Shown: one piece after another, positions 29,202 to 38,483 of the stretch | How the letters are laid out: each line of letters begins with the position of its first letter | Numbering within the stretch: position 1 is the stretch's first letter | Notes under the pieces: model-generated | Databases searched by the model: none | What the model was told of the DNA's origin: nothing | Seen by the model: only the letters and a program-made list of their open reading frames with translations | Position numbers and translations under genes: made by a program | Virus record (IMG/VR): IMGVR_UViG_3300047170_000049 | Span: 95,289 to 159,288 of that record | Reading direction: 5' to 3' (one strand) | Origin: a virus | Length of the DNA stretch: 64,000 bases

Positions 29202-29788
29202 TTGCTACCATGCAAGAAACCGATGTGAATGGCGAAACCGTAACAACCCACGCTGAAGGTGGAATGGCTACAGGTTCACCATCAGATTCAACTGCCAGTC
29301 CAAATCTTAATACACCAGAAGCTCCTAAGCCTCCAACGAAGCGTATGCTTAAGATGGCTAAGAAGCAGGGCAAGCAATATAAGAAATTGTTTGCACGCTT
29401 TCAAAAGACCCAAGAAGCTAAGAAAGAAGCTTTGGCTGAAAGACTCTTTAAGCTGAAACAACAAATTGGGAAAGAAGAATTTAAGCTACTTAAGTCTTTA
29501 AGCACCGCTGAAATTCCTGAAGTAAAGAATGAAGCAGGCGAAGTGACCCGTCCTAAGAGCTTCCACGTCAACTACGATATGATGTTTGCTGAAGCGAAGA
29601 ACTTAACCGTTCTCATGCGCCAACGCCGTCTTGAGTCAGGCGAACGTAAGCGAACCACTGGCCGTTCTTCAAAACGTAAGGCACATAAGTCACGTTTGGC
29701 AGCGGTAGTTGCCCGTAACAAACGCTTAGAAGAAGCTGGTAATGCACTTGCAAATGCACAGGCCCCTAAGCAAGATGAAAAAGCTTAA
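29198..29788 (+). CDS. basic hypothetical protein
   Basis: AGGAG RBS; Lys/Arg-rich. Confidence 0.65.
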   Translation: MIATMQETDVNGETVTTHAEGGMATGSPSDSTASPNLNTPEAPKPPTKRMLKMAKKQGKQYKKLFARFQKTQEAKKEALAERLFKLKQQIGKEEFKLLKSLSTAEIPEVKNEAGEVTRPKSFHVNYDMMFAEAKNLTVLMRQRRLESGERKRTTGRSSKRKAHKSRLAAVVARNKRLEEAGNALANAQAPKQDEKA

Positions 29789-30347
29789 CTTTCTTAAAAT
29801 GCCCACATTGCATTCACTTATGACTGAAGAGTCATTTGGTAGAATCAAAGTGGACAAAATGACTGATTGGGAAAAAAGAGAATTTGGATGGTACTCCATT
29901 CCACGATACGGAGCGGAGTTTTCCATCAAAACCTCTGAGATGATTAAGGTGAATGGAGTGGATGTTTTCAACTTCACTCTCTTTGAGTATGTTCGTGAGC
30001 AAGTTAAGTATGCCACTAGCCTATCTTACCCAATTCAGCGTTTAAAGGACTTGATTGATAAGGTTGAGCCCATAACTGCACAATGCGTTTACTCTTCTGA
30101 CAATAGCCTATTTGTGGTCAACACGCTAGAGGGTTATGGACCAGCCGATTTCCCAGGTCTTATTAAAGACAATTTTACTAGGCTTTCAAGTCAATACCTA
30201 AATATTGATTTTAACCAACCCAGTACCAAGATTTCTGATGCTGAGGTGTGGAAGCGCGAAGGCAAGTGTCCAGAGTGTGGCTATACGGGTAAGTTCTTCC
30301 GTACAGCTTTAATTTGCCATAAACATGGCATTTACGCGGGATTTTAA
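29742..30347 (+). CDS. hypothetical protein with C-terminal Zn ribbon
   Basis: CPECG...CHKHG. Confidence 0.55.
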   Translation: MHLQMHRPLSKMKKLNFLKMPTLHSLMTEESFGRIKVDKMTDWEKREFGWYSIPRYGAEFSIKTSEMIKVNGVDVFNFTLFEYVREQVKYATSLSYPIQRLKDLIDKVEPITAQCVYSSDNSLFVVNTLEGYGPADFPGLIKDNFTRLSSQYLNIDFNQPSTKISDAEVWKREGKCPECGYTGKFFRTALICHKHGIYAGF

Positions 30348-30566
30348 ATGGATGAATTACTTTACTACGTTTTAATATTTGCCTTTTGGTGGTTCATTGG
30401 ATTGCCACTTGTAAGGTACTTAGCTTATAAGTCCGCCGTAAAGTTTTTTGGTAAAACTCCTAACCATCCGATTATACTAGAGAAATGCCCACCACACCGC
30501 TGGGTCTATAGCGAAGCAGGAAGTATGTACTGCAGCCGCTGTAAGAAAGTGCCAGGACAATCATGA
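30348..30566 (+). CDS. small membrane protein with Zn motif
   Basis: N-terminal TM; CPPHRW...CSRC. Confidence 0.55.
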   Translation: MDELLYYVLIFAFWWFIGLPLVRYLAYKSAVKFFGKTPNHPIILEKCPPHRWVYSEAGSMYCSRCKKVPGQS

Positions 30567-30901
30567 CGCCTGAAGAGAAGGAATTAGAGAAACAAGCTAA
30601 ATTATTTAAAGCCGTCTTATATAGACGAGTTAATGCCATACGCCCTGAAATAAATATTGACCTAAGTATGCAAAAACGTGGTATTAGATTTAATGACAAT
30701 CAATTTATCTTTGATAAGATAGTTGAGGCAGTTACGGACTTTAGATTGCAAAGTAATGCGGCATTTGACCCTACAAGCAATCCCACGGACTTTCTGCCCC
30801 AAACGGTCACCGCTGGCATATACGACCGCCTAATTATTGATACCTTGTTTGTGTGCTCTAAAGCTGATTTTATTTATGAACAGGATTTGAAGTACCACTA
30901 A
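30563..30901 (+). CDS. hypothetical protein
   Basis: Coupled ORF. Confidence 0.55.
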   Translation: MTPEEKELEKQAKLFKAVLYRRVNAIRPEINIDLSMQKRGIRFNDNQFIFDKIVEAVTDFRLQSNAAFDPTSNPTDFLPQTVTAGIYDRLIIDTLFVCSKADFIYEQDLKYH

Positions 30902-31143
30902 TGGACTTTAAAGTAGGCGATTACGTTGAAACTAGCGAATATGTGGGTAAGGTAATTCACTTAGATGGGAATGAAATCCACATAGACCCTATTTATTTCT
31001 TACGGGCCAGTGAGATGAACACTGACCAAGGAATGAGAATAGATGTTATTCACAAAGGGTCTTCATTTTGGAAGTACGAATTAAGATTATTGCAAGTTAA
31101 GTGGGCAGACTTCAAGCGCCTGCACGAGTTATTATATGCGTAG
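30901..31143 (+). CDS. small SH3/KOW-like protein, C-terminal helix family
   Basis: MDFKVGDYV...FKRLHELLYA. Confidence 0.55.
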   Translation: MDFKVGDYVETSEYVGKVIHLDGNEIHIDPIYFLRASEMNTDQGMRIDVIHKGSSFWKYELRLLQVKWADFKRLHELLYA

Positions 31144-31963
31144 TTGGATTTTTTCAATTTTGTTCTTATCGAGCACTGTCTGGGCAACACCCAGCATAAT
31201 CAAAGTCATGTCAATCGACACTGGCGTAGATGCCACCCAACCTTTAATTCAACAACATATTGACCCCAATGAAGTAGCTGCAGACCCTGCAAGCTATTCA
31301 GATGAACACGGTCATGGAACGCACATTGCTGGCATAATTCTTAAAGATGTTTGCCCACAAGTTAAGTTCTACTCATGTCGCTACTATTACAAAAACGTCC
31401 AAAACCCAATTCTTAAAACAAATGAGTGTTACGAAAAAGCCCTTAACCTTGGAATTAACATCATCAATTATTCGTCCGCTGGTACTGACCCAAATTTAGC
31501 AGAATATGACCTAATAAAAAAACTAATCGACAACCATGTGACTTTTGTAACCGCTGCAGGTAACAACGGGGCTAAAATTGTAAAGCTAAGTAAGGCGGCC
31601 ATAGCCTATTTAATCACATATCGAAATTGTGAATACACAGACTACGCCGCTTTACATTCAAAACAATGCTACGAAAACTCACTCGAAACAAAAAATAAGA
31701 TTTGGGACACAGAAGCTCTTATTGCAGATGAATTCCCTGCAGGTTACGACATACCTGGAATAGAAGCTATAGGCAATGTGTGCGATGAATTTCACGCATG
31801 GAATCAATCATGCTTCGTAAGTAACTCTGGGGCCGACTTAGTAAAAGAAGTCGGTGATGGCATTACTTCACTTCTCCCTAATGGAAGAAAAGGTAAGATG
31901 AGTGGAACTTCACAAGCCGCTGCCGTACACACAAACAAAATATTGAAGGCCCTATGTCAGTAA
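31136..31963 (+). CDS. exported subtilisin-like S8 peptidase
   Basis: Signal peptide; IDTG, HGTHIAG, AAGN, SGTSQAA. Confidence 0.88.
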   Translation: MRSWIFSILFLSSTVWATPSIIKVMSIDTGVDATQPLIQQHIDPNEVAADPASYSDEHGHGTHIAGIILKDVCPQVKFYSCRYYYKNVQNPILKTNECYEKALNLGINIINYSSAGTDPNLAEYDLIKKLIDNHVTFVTAAGNNGAKIVKLSKAAIAYLITYRNCEYTDYAALHSKQCYENSLETKNKIWDTEALIADEFPAGYDIPGIEAIGNVCDEFHAWNQSCFVSNSGADLVKEVGDGITSLLPNGRKGKMSGTSQAAAVHTNKILKALCQ

Positions 31964-32259
31964 AAAAATTCATCTGGAAGTACGGCCTTACCGCAATTGC
32001 AGCCTTCATGACCGCCTACAACAAGGTTTATGAAAAAGTTCGATGGATTGTTAAGTGGCATAAGTTCAAAGTGGGAGATTGGATTTTTGAGAAGCATTGC
32101 GTGGCTAAGGTTCTAGCTGTTGGTTGGAACACTTACCAACTTAAGATGATTACAAAAGAAGGGGTTTTTATTTTCGTGGCCCCGAAGAAGATGGCTGAAA
32201 AAGCCTACAAAAAAATAGATAAGAAGCACCTACAAGCCGTGCTGGTTATCTATGAGTAA
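31954..32259 (+). CDS. small SH3/KOW-like protein
   Basis: FKVGDWI...HLQAVLVIYE. Confidence 0.5.
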   Translation: MSVKKFIWKYGLTAIAAFMTAYNKVYEKVRWIVKWHKFKVGDWIFEKHCVAKVLAVGWNTYQLKMITKEGVFIFVAPKKMAEKAYKKIDKKHLQAVLVIYE

Positions 32260-32267
32260 GGAGTAAA

Positions 32268-32492
32268 ATGCGAGCTAACAAAAATGATTACGTTATTTGT
32301 GTGGATGATAATTCACCCATCGACCATGCAAACAAAAGTCCAGTGTTAAAATTGGGTGAACTATATCAAATTCTTGAAGTACAGCACTACCCAGGTTCTG
32401 GGACGTGCATTTATAAAGTTAAAAACACTAATACAGGTAAGAGTGATTGGTTTCATGCCGACCGCTTCACCTTTACGAAAAGAGAAACATGA
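32268..32492 (+). CDS. small SH3-like protein
   Basis: NDYVICV...LKLGELYQI...WFHADRF. Confidence 0.55.
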   Translation: MRANKNDYVICVDDNSPIDHANKSPVLKLGELYQILEVQHYPGSGTCIYKVKNTNTGKSDWFHADRFTFTKRET

Positions 32493-32686
32493 TGTTCCTA
32501 CTAGCTATTTCCTTAACCTTTCTTTGCTGTTTTTATTTTGGCACCATGCTTGGCTTATGGTTCAGTGATAAAATCACTCGTGACCGTATCAAAGGTCTGC
32601 GCGAGCTATACGAGAGTGAGCACAATTTCCTGGCCAAACAAATTGGGGAATTAAAAAATGAAATCGCCAAAATTAAAGGAAAATGA
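32447..32686 (+). CDS. small membrane-anchored coiled-coil protein
   Basis: TM then coiled coil; start probably ATG 32489. Confidence 0.5.
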   Translation: MVSCRPLHLYEKRNMMFLLAISLTFLCCFYFGTMLGLWFSDKITRDRIKGLRELYESEHNFLAKQIGELKNEIAKIKGK

Positions 32687-32942
32687 CGCAGTATTTTATC
32701 TAGAGCAAAAGAGGCTTTGGGTTGTGACTAGCGTCTTTCAAAATACCGTATCTGGTCCGTGGATGTATCGCATACGCGAGGAATACGTTCCAGGGTTTGC
32801 ACTAGTGAATCGTAAGCATGAATTTGTTAAACAAGCCTTAGAGCAAGATGAGTTTAATAAAACTTATAAGACTGCAATCTTAAAGAACGGCTCATACAAC
32901 GTCGCAGATGTTTTAAGTTTAGCAGACACACTTTTTGGGTGA
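32658..32942 (+). CDS. small protein, C-terminal helix family
   Basis: LKENDAV...VLSLADTLFG. Confidence 0.5.
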   Translation: MKSPKLKENDAVFYLEQKRLWVVTSVFQNTVSGPWMYRIREEYVPGFALVNRKHEFVKQALEQDEFNKTYKTAILKNGSYNVADVLSLADTLFG

Positions 32943-32945
32943 CAT

Positions 32946-33194
32946 ATGGCTTTAGGACCTTTTAGATGGAATCAAGCATACAATAATCAATCTGCATTCT
33001 ACGATGTCCTTAGTGCAAATTATCGCACTAGTTGGCAGACTGATAAGCAGATACTACAAAACCCCACTGGAGTAAATACTGCTCAGGCGCTAGAGGCTAT
33101 TTGCAGAACACTTGCAGAAATTACTGAGCTTATAGAAACAAATCAATTCAGTGAGGCTGAACTGCAACTGGCCCAACTTCTCTATAAAAAATGA
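32946..33194 (+). CDS. small protein, C-terminal helix family
   Basis: FSEAELQLAQLLYKK. Confidence 0.55.
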   Translation: MALGPFRWNQAYNNQSAFYDVLSANYRTSWQTDKQILQNPTGVNTAQALEAICRTLAEITELIETNQFSEAELQLAQLLYKK

Positions 33195-33421
33195 GAGATT
33201 TTAAAGAAGGCGACTTCGTGCAAACGAGCGCCACCAGTGACATCTTCTATAAGATTATCTCTGTTAAATACTACGAAGACCTGTTAGCTGAAAACGAAGT
33301 AGTCCTACTTCGTTTAGATAATTACATGACAATCAACATACCTCTATTCGCTTTTAACACCACGTCGTGGCGTCCTGTCACACAAGAACAAAAAGAATTT
33401 TTATCTTTACTATTTTCTTAA
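33191..33421 (+). CDS. small SH3/KOW-like protein, C-terminal helix family
   Basis: FKEGDFV...RPVTQEQKEFLSLLFS. Confidence 0.55.
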   Translation: MRDFKEGDFVQTSATSDIFYKIISVKYYEDLLAENEVVLLRLDNYMTINIPLFAFNTTSWRPVTQEQKEFLSLLFS

Positions 33422-33524
33422 ATCGGTTATTATTAGGTCATGCCTAGTTAATACGGTGCTGGGTTTGGCATAACTACTTGATTTGACTACACTTTAAAAA
33501 TCGAAAATAAAGTTACTTATTTCC

Positions 33525-33551
33525 TAAAGTTTTTAACGGTTATGCCGAAGA
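33525..33551 (+). promoter_or_regulatory. sigma28 (FliA)-type promoter
   Basis: TAAA-N15(GTTT...)-GCCGAAGA. Confidence 0.75.
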
Positions 33552-33591
33552 GATATTGAAAGTTGAAACTTAATCTTTAAAGGAGTAGTTA

Positions 33592-34758
33592 ATGAATATC
33601 AACACATTTAAGAAAGCCGTCCCGTTCCTGTTCAAAGCGGAAGTGGTGCCCTTTGTTTGGGGTCCTGCAGGCGTAGGTAAAACCACTGCGATGAGACAAG
33701 TGGCCGAGGAACTTGGCTACGGTCTTATTGTGTTCCATTTGGGTCAAATGGGCGACGTAGGTGATTTGATTGGTTTGCCTGACATTGTGTACGAAACTGA
33801 CCCAGAAAAGATTAAAGCTGGTAATGGCAAACGTAAGGGTTACACTACGTTCATGCCTCCAGAATGGGTGCCCACTGAAGGTAAGTGGATTATCTTCTTT
33901 GACGAATTGAACCGCGCACGCCGTGACTTGCTCCAAGCCGTGTTCCAACTTATCCTTGAGCGCCGCACACACTCCATTGAGTTACCTCCTGAAACACGCT
34001 TAGTGGCCGCTGGTAACCCTAACACGGATGAATTCACCGTCACGGACATTACCGACGGAGCTTTCATGGACCGTTTTTGCCACATTAAATTGACATCAGA
34101 AACTGGCGAATGGTTAGAGTTTGCTAAGAAGAGCGCATACGCTCCTGAAGTTATTGGGTTCATTCAACAGAACTATAATAGCCTTGGTAACGATATGCCA
34201 GCTTTTGACCTGGAACGTAAGCCTTCACCCCGCTCATGGGATGCAGTCTCACGCTTGGTCAAGACTGAAATTGACACTGACCTTCTCCTAGACCTTGCCA
34301 CTGGACTATTAGGCGTTGCCCCTGCCACCGCGTTCATTGAACACATTAAGAACGCTGAGAAGCCAGTTAAGGCCGAAGAAGTGCTAAACAATTTTAGCGT
34401 TGTTAAAGCCACCATAACCCGCTTTAGCGACCCTTTGAACCCAAGACAGGACTTGCTCAAGGTTACGATTGATGACCTCTTAAAGCTCCTTGAGACGCAA
34501 AAGAGCGTTAGTTCTGCCCAGGTCCATAACGTTGTTGACTTCTTCATGACCATTCCCCTTGAAATGGCCTTCTTTGCCTCCAAAACCTTGTTCACAATCC
34601 AGGATTGGATGAAGCACATGGTAGCCCGTAAAGACTTTATTGCTCACCTTGATGGAGTTAAACCCATGAAGGATAAGCTCAAAAAGCTTGAAGCAGAAAG
34701 AATTGCGCAAGAGGCTGAAAAGAATAAGCTTTCTGGTGGCACCGATTCTGGTATTTAA
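33592..34758 (+). CDS. MoxR-like AAA+ ATPase
   Basis: WGPAGVGKT, FFDELNRA, AAGNP, DRF, PSPRSW. Confidence 0.88.
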   Translation: MNINTFKKAVPFLFKAEVVPFVWGPAGVGKTTAMRQVAEELGYGLIVFHLGQMGDVGDLIGLPDIVYETDPEKIKAGNGKRKGYTTFMPPEWVPTEGKWIIFFDELNRARRDLLQAVFQLILERRTHSIELPPETRLVAAGNPNTDEFTVTDITDGAFMDRFCHIKLTSETGEWLEFAKKSAYAPEVIGFIQQNYNSLGNDMPAFDLERKPSPRSWDAVSRLVKTEIDTDLLLDLATGLLGVAPATAFIEHIKNAEKPVKAEEVLNNFSVVKATITRFSDPLNPRQDLLKVTIDDLLKLLETQKSVSSAQVHNVVDFFMTIPLEMAFFASKTLFTIQDWMKHMVARKDFIAHLDGVKPMKDKLKKLEAERIAQEAEKNKLSGGTDSGI

Positions 34759-34761
34759 TCC

Positions 34762-34788
34762 TAAAGTTTTATAGGGAAATACCGAATA
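34762..34788 (+). promoter_or_regulatory. sigma28 (FliA)-type promoter
   Basis: TAAA-N15(GTTT...)-ACCGAATA. Confidence 0.7.
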
Positions 34789-34808
34789 TTAGAATGCAAC
34801 TGACACTA

Positions 34809-34843
34809 GCTCTATGGATGGAGCGTACCCCAAGGATGGGGTA
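34809..34843 (+). promoter_or_regulatory. tandem CsrA/RsmA-type ANGGA hairpins in 5' leader
   Basis: GCTCT-ATGGAT-GGAGC and TACCCC-AAGGAT-GGGGTA. Confidence 0.65.
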
Positions 34844-34875
34844 AATCGAGACCGCCAAAACAATGAGGGGTTAAA

Positions 34876-36054
34876 ATGATAGACGAAGCAATCATGTACC
34901 TAATCCAAAACAAGCCGTTCTACGCTCACTTGGTTATGGGGATGCGCAAAGAGTTTACTGACCGCGTTCCTACCGCTGGCGTGAACATCACGGACAAGGT
35001 TAATTTGTTGATTAACCCTAACTTCTGGAAGTCAATGAATGCCATAGAGCAAGCTGCCATTCTTGAGCACGAATGCTTGCATGTGGTCATGAATCACTTC
35101 AAACGCCGTGAGCACCGCAAACCCCGTCTTTACAACATTGCAGCGGACATGGCCATTAACGAATATATTAAAGGTCTTCCCAAAGAAATTAAAATCTTGG
35201 ATAAAAAAGGCAATCCAGTTATTAACTCTAAGACTGGTGAACAGGTTACAGGCAAAACTGTATTCCCTGCCGACTACCAACTGCCTTCACGACAAACTTC
35301 TGAGTTTTACTATGAAGAGCTTCAAAAACAACAAAATGATAAACAAAAGAGCGAAGGTGAGCCAGAATATCAACCTGGCGGTGACACCATTGATGACCAT
35401 GATTGCTGGGATGAAAGCATTGATAATGACGAGGTTATTGAAGAGAAAATCAAGAACCTAGTTAAGCCTGCAATGGAAGAAGCGCGTAAAGCTGGTAATA
35501 TGCCTTCAGAAATTTCTAAGCTGATTGACCGCTTATTCCACAAACCTAAAGACTGGCGTAAAGACCTCCAGAAGTTTGCAGCTAAGACCACTGAAGTTAT
35601 TGGCGATACATCACGCAAAGTGCGTAACCGCCGATATGGAATCATCTTCCCTGGTTATGTTAAGAAAGAAAAACTCCGCTTGGTTGTGGCCGTAGACACT
35701 TCAGGTTCAGTGAGCCAAGAAGAGCAAACCCAGTTCATGGCCGAGATTCACAAAATTCACCAACAAGGCGCTACCGTGTTTATCATGGAAGCCGATGCAG
35801 CGGTTCACGCCGTATATGAATACGACCCTAAGAAGCCCATTAAGTTTAAGGGTGGTGGTGGAACTGCATTTGGTCCAGTATTTGAAAAAGCTACCGAGCT
35901 TAACCCAGATGGTCTTATTTACATGACCGACGGTGATGACTGGGGTCCAGAAGCCAAGAAGCCAGCTTATCCGGTTATGTGGGCTCTTCTCCGTGGACGC
36001 GATGTGCGCTACAAATGGGGTTCAAAAACTTTCATTGATGTGAAGAAAAAATGA
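34876..36054 (+). CDS. metallopeptidase plus vWA domain protein (DUF2201-like MoxR partner)
   Basis: EHECLH, NIAADMAIN, DTSGS MIDAS, GGGGT.F, TDG. Confidence 0.85.
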   Translation: MIDEAIMYLIQNKPFYAHLVMGMRKEFTDRVPTAGVNITDKVNLLINPNFWKSMNAIEQAAILEHECLHVVMNHFKRREHRKPRLYNIAADMAINEYIKGLPKEIKILDKKGNPVINSKTGEQVTGKTVFPADYQLPSRQTSEFYYEELQKQQNDKQKSEGEPEYQPGGDTIDDHDCWDESIDNDEVIEEKIKNLVKPAMEEARKAGNMPSEISKLIDRLFHKPKDWRKDLQKFAAKTTEVIGDTSRKVRNRRYGIIFPGYVKKEKLRLVVAVDTSGSVSQEEQTQFMAEIHKIHQQGATVFIMEADAAVHAVYEYDPKKPIKFKGGGGTAFGPVFEKATELNPDGLIYMTDGDDWGPEAKKPAYPVMWALLRGRDVRYKWGSKTFIDVKKK

Positions 36055-36389
36055 GCTACCGTACCTTCACTTTAGAAGATGTTATAGAGCAAAAAATTTT
36101 CATGAAAGACGGGGTGGCTTACAAAGCCATTGCGTTTTGCGAACACCCTACAATTATTCTTGAAAATATCAAGACGGGTGAGCAGGAGCATCATGTGGTT
36201 CATTGCTTGAATATTCAGGCTTTCAAGCCACTAGGCCCATGTAGAGATTGTGGCGGCACCGGCAAGACCCATTATTGGGGCAGACCTGATGATGAAATGC
36301 AATGCCAATTTTGTAAAGGCGTTGGTGAGATTTTAAATTCAGAAGATTTGCGAGATTACTTTAAACTTAGGAAGCTTCTCCGTGGATAA
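36051..36389 (+). CDS. DnaJ-type Zn-finger small protein
   Basis: CRDCGGTG...CQFCKGVG; tail DYFKLRKLL. Confidence 0.6.
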   Translation: MSYRTFTLEDVIEQKIFMKDGVAYKAIAFCEHPTIILENIKTGEQEHHVVHCLNIQAFKPLGPCRDCGGTGKTHYWGRPDDEMQCQFCKGVGEILNSEDLRDYFKLRKLLRG

Positions 36390-36552
36390 ATGTGGCGATT
36401 GTGGTGGGCAAGGCTGGTATGCAGTTCATCAAGGTTTTGACCCACCAGAGCAAGTACAATGTGAATTATGTGAAGGGTTTGGTGAAATCCTAACCCCCGA
36501 GGAAATGGGTCGTTACCTGCAACTGTGTGACATACTATATGGAAGTGTGTAA
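36382..36552 (+). CDS. DnaJ-type Zn-finger small protein (not in ORF track)
   Basis: GTG start; MDKCGDCGGQG...CELCEGFGEILTPEEMGRYLQLCDILYGSV. Confidence 0.65.
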   Translation: MDKCGDCGGQGWYAVHQGFDPPEQVQCELCEGFGEILTPEEMGRYLQLCDILYGSV

Positions 36553-36715
36553 AGCCTGTGATGGTCGTGGCATTATACAACGGGAAGTGTTTACTTATCA
36601 CCCACCCGCATGGGAAGAAGAACAGTGCGAACCTTGTTACGGCACCGGAATGGCCTTCTTAACTGAAGAAGAGTATGAGAATTACATCACACTTTGGAGA
36701 ATTTTGAATGAATAA
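36539..36715 (+). CDS. DnaJ-type Zn-finger small protein
   Basis: CKACDGRG...CEPCYGTG...LTEEEYENYITLWRILNE. Confidence 0.65.
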   Translation: MEVCKACDGRGIIQREVFTYHPPAWEEEQCEPCYGTGMAFLTEEEYENYITLWRILNE

Positions 36716-37259
36716 TTTAAAAGGCCAAAGATTTGGTCGATTAAAGGTCATTTCCAGGTCCACGAACGCATCTAGACGCGTCACCTGGTTATGTCAATGT
36801 GATTGCGGTAAGAACAAAATAATTAATGCGTCTAATTTAACTACAGGACGGTCCGCATCTTGTGGGTGCTTAAGAGTAGAAATATCGAAAAAGAAATTAA
36901 AAGCTGTTAAAAGAACCAAATTTGATAAAGGCGAATCTTCATTAAACGTGGTATTTTACAGATATAAGTACCAAGCGAAACGAAGAGGTATTGAGTTTAA
37001 TCTGACTAGAGACCAGTTTAAGGTTTTAACTAAAGAAGTGTGTCATTATTGTGGAGTATTGCCTGAAAAATCATTTAAAGGCCATCGTTCTAACGGCGAA
37101 TATGTATATAATGGAATTGACCGTATCAATTCTGATAAAGATTATACCCTGGATAATGTAGTCCCGTGCTGCGAAACATGCAATAAAGCTAAACTGCATC
37201 TATCCTATGATATTTTCTTAAATTGGGTGCGACGCATTGCACGGTATCAAGCGATATGA
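36708..37259 (+). CDS. HNH homing endonuclease-like protein
   Basis: GQRFGRLKV, WLCQCDCG, SCGC, CHYCG, GIDRINS..DY..DNVVPCC..CN..K. Confidence 0.8.
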   Translation: MNNLKGQRFGRLKVISRSTNASRRVTWLCQCDCGKNKIINASNLTTGRSASCGCLRVEISKKKLKAVKRTKFDKGESSLNVVFYRYKYQAKRRGIEFNLTRDQFKVLTKEVCHYCGVLPEKSFKGHRSNGEYVYNGIDRINSDKDYTLDNVVPCCETCNKAKLHLSYDIFLNWVRRIARYQAI

Positions 37260-37417
37260 GTAGTCCCTGCGATACTTGCGGTGGTTACGGCGAACACTAT
37301 GCCCCTGATGTATCAAAACCAGTATTGATAACCTGCTATGATTGCGACGGGACTGGATATGAGTTTACCCAGCAAGAAATGGAAGACTACTTAAAGCTGA
37401 AAAAAATCTTAGAATAA
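37256..37417 (+). CDS. DnaJ-type Zn-finger small protein
   Basis: CDTCGGYG...CYDCDGTG...FTQQEMEDYLKLKKILE. Confidence 0.65.
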   Translation: MSSPCDTCGGYGEHYAPDVSKPVLITCYDCDGTGYEFTQQEMEDYLKLKKILE

Positions 37418-37428
37418 CTTTAAAACTT

Positions 37429-37436
37429 ATGATATA
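37429..37436 (+). promoter_or_regulatory. ATGATATA promoter motif (class II variant)
   Basis: Intergenic, before AAGGAG. Confidence 0.45.
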
Positions 37437-37458
37437 TTAAAACTTAAGGAGCATAACG

Positions 37459-37686
37459 ATGAAATTTTTAACTTTGTTCATTTTGCTAGCCGCATTAATT
37501 TCCACTGCCTGTACCGAGCGCACACCATATGGCCCTTGCATTGGTGCTTTTGATGATAAAGACGCTAAGGTGATTTACAAGCCAAGTGTTAAGAATATTG
37601 TAATAGGAATTATCTTCTCAGAAACCATTGTGGTCCCTGCCGTAGTGCTTTTATCCGAGACCGTTTGTCCCATTGGAAACAAATAA
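37459..37686 (+). CDS. small lipoprotein
   Basis: Signal plus STAC lipobox; second hydrophobic segment. Confidence 0.55.
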   Translation: MKFLTLFILLAALISTACTERTPYGPCIGAFDDKDAKVIYKPSVKNIVIGIIFSETIVVPAVVLLSETVCPIGNK

Positions 37687-38017
37687 GGAGTTACTCATGA
37701 CACGACTTTTATATAAATCAAACGATACTGGCCTTTTGGCTGCAAAGCAAATCATCACCCTTAAAGATGGTCGCAAAACCACCGTCTTGATTGACTCCAA
37801 TGCCCTTGAATTTAATGTGGTTGATATTGCTGATGCTACCATTTTAGCAGGTGGAACGGCCAAGAGTCTCCGCGAAGTTAAGTATGCGGCGCGAAAGACC
37901 TTACTGGAGCTTGGTGCAGATATTGGCATTGAAGTAAAGTCTGCCGTTAAGAAGTTTAATAACCTTATGAAGTCCGAGGGTTCAGGTGATACAGCTAGTA
38001 ACGAATCTTCTAATTAA
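37673..38017 (+). CDS. hypothetical protein
   Basis: AAGGAG RBS before ATG 37697. Confidence 0.6.
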   Translation: METNKELLMTRLLYKSNDTGLLAAKQIITLKDGRKTTVLIDSNALEFNVVDIADATILAGGTAKSLREVKYAARKTLLELGADIGIEVKSAVKKFNNLMKSEGSGDTASNESSN

Positions 38018-38483
38018 GTTCTGCGAGAAGACTGGCCGCGTGTTCAACATCACGGGCACTGGTGCAGATACGGATGTGTACTTAATACGGTATTACGTCA
38101 TTAGAAGCAAGTATTTTAACTTTTTCATTCATAAGTTCTTGCGTAGTGACCGTGATGATTTGCATGACCACCCATGGAACTTTGGAACGTATGTGGTTAA
38201 GGGTGGTTACACTGAACAAAACCTTAACCCTTATACGGGTAAGGTTGACTTATTCCCTAAAGAACGTAGCGTAAATAAGAACCGATGGGCCACGCGCAAG
38301 GCTGAAGCAGTTCATCGCGTTGTTGTAGATAAAGAGCTTACGGTAGACCAACAAGACCAAGCTACGATTACCCTATGCTTAACTGGCCGTACACGCCGTG
38401 AATGGGGTTTTATCAAAAATGGACAATGGATTAACTGGAAGAAATATTTAGGTCTTCCCGATGACACTGGGAGTAGAGGATAA
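37986..38483 (+). CDS. cupin-fold phage protein
   Basis: YLIRY, HDHPW, GGYTE, HRV, R.WGF. Confidence 0.65.
   Translation: MIQLVTNLLIKFCEKTGRVFNITGTGADTDVYLIRYYVIRSKYFNFFIHKFLRSDRDDLHDHPWNFGTYVVKGGYTEQNLNPYTGKVDLFPKERSVNKNRWATRKAEAVHRVVVDKELTVDQQDQATITLCLTGRTRREWGFIKNGQWINWKKYLGLPDDTGSRG

Noticed and set aside
33428-33453. Hairpin as an intrinsic terminator
   Set aside because: Weak stem and no following U-tract
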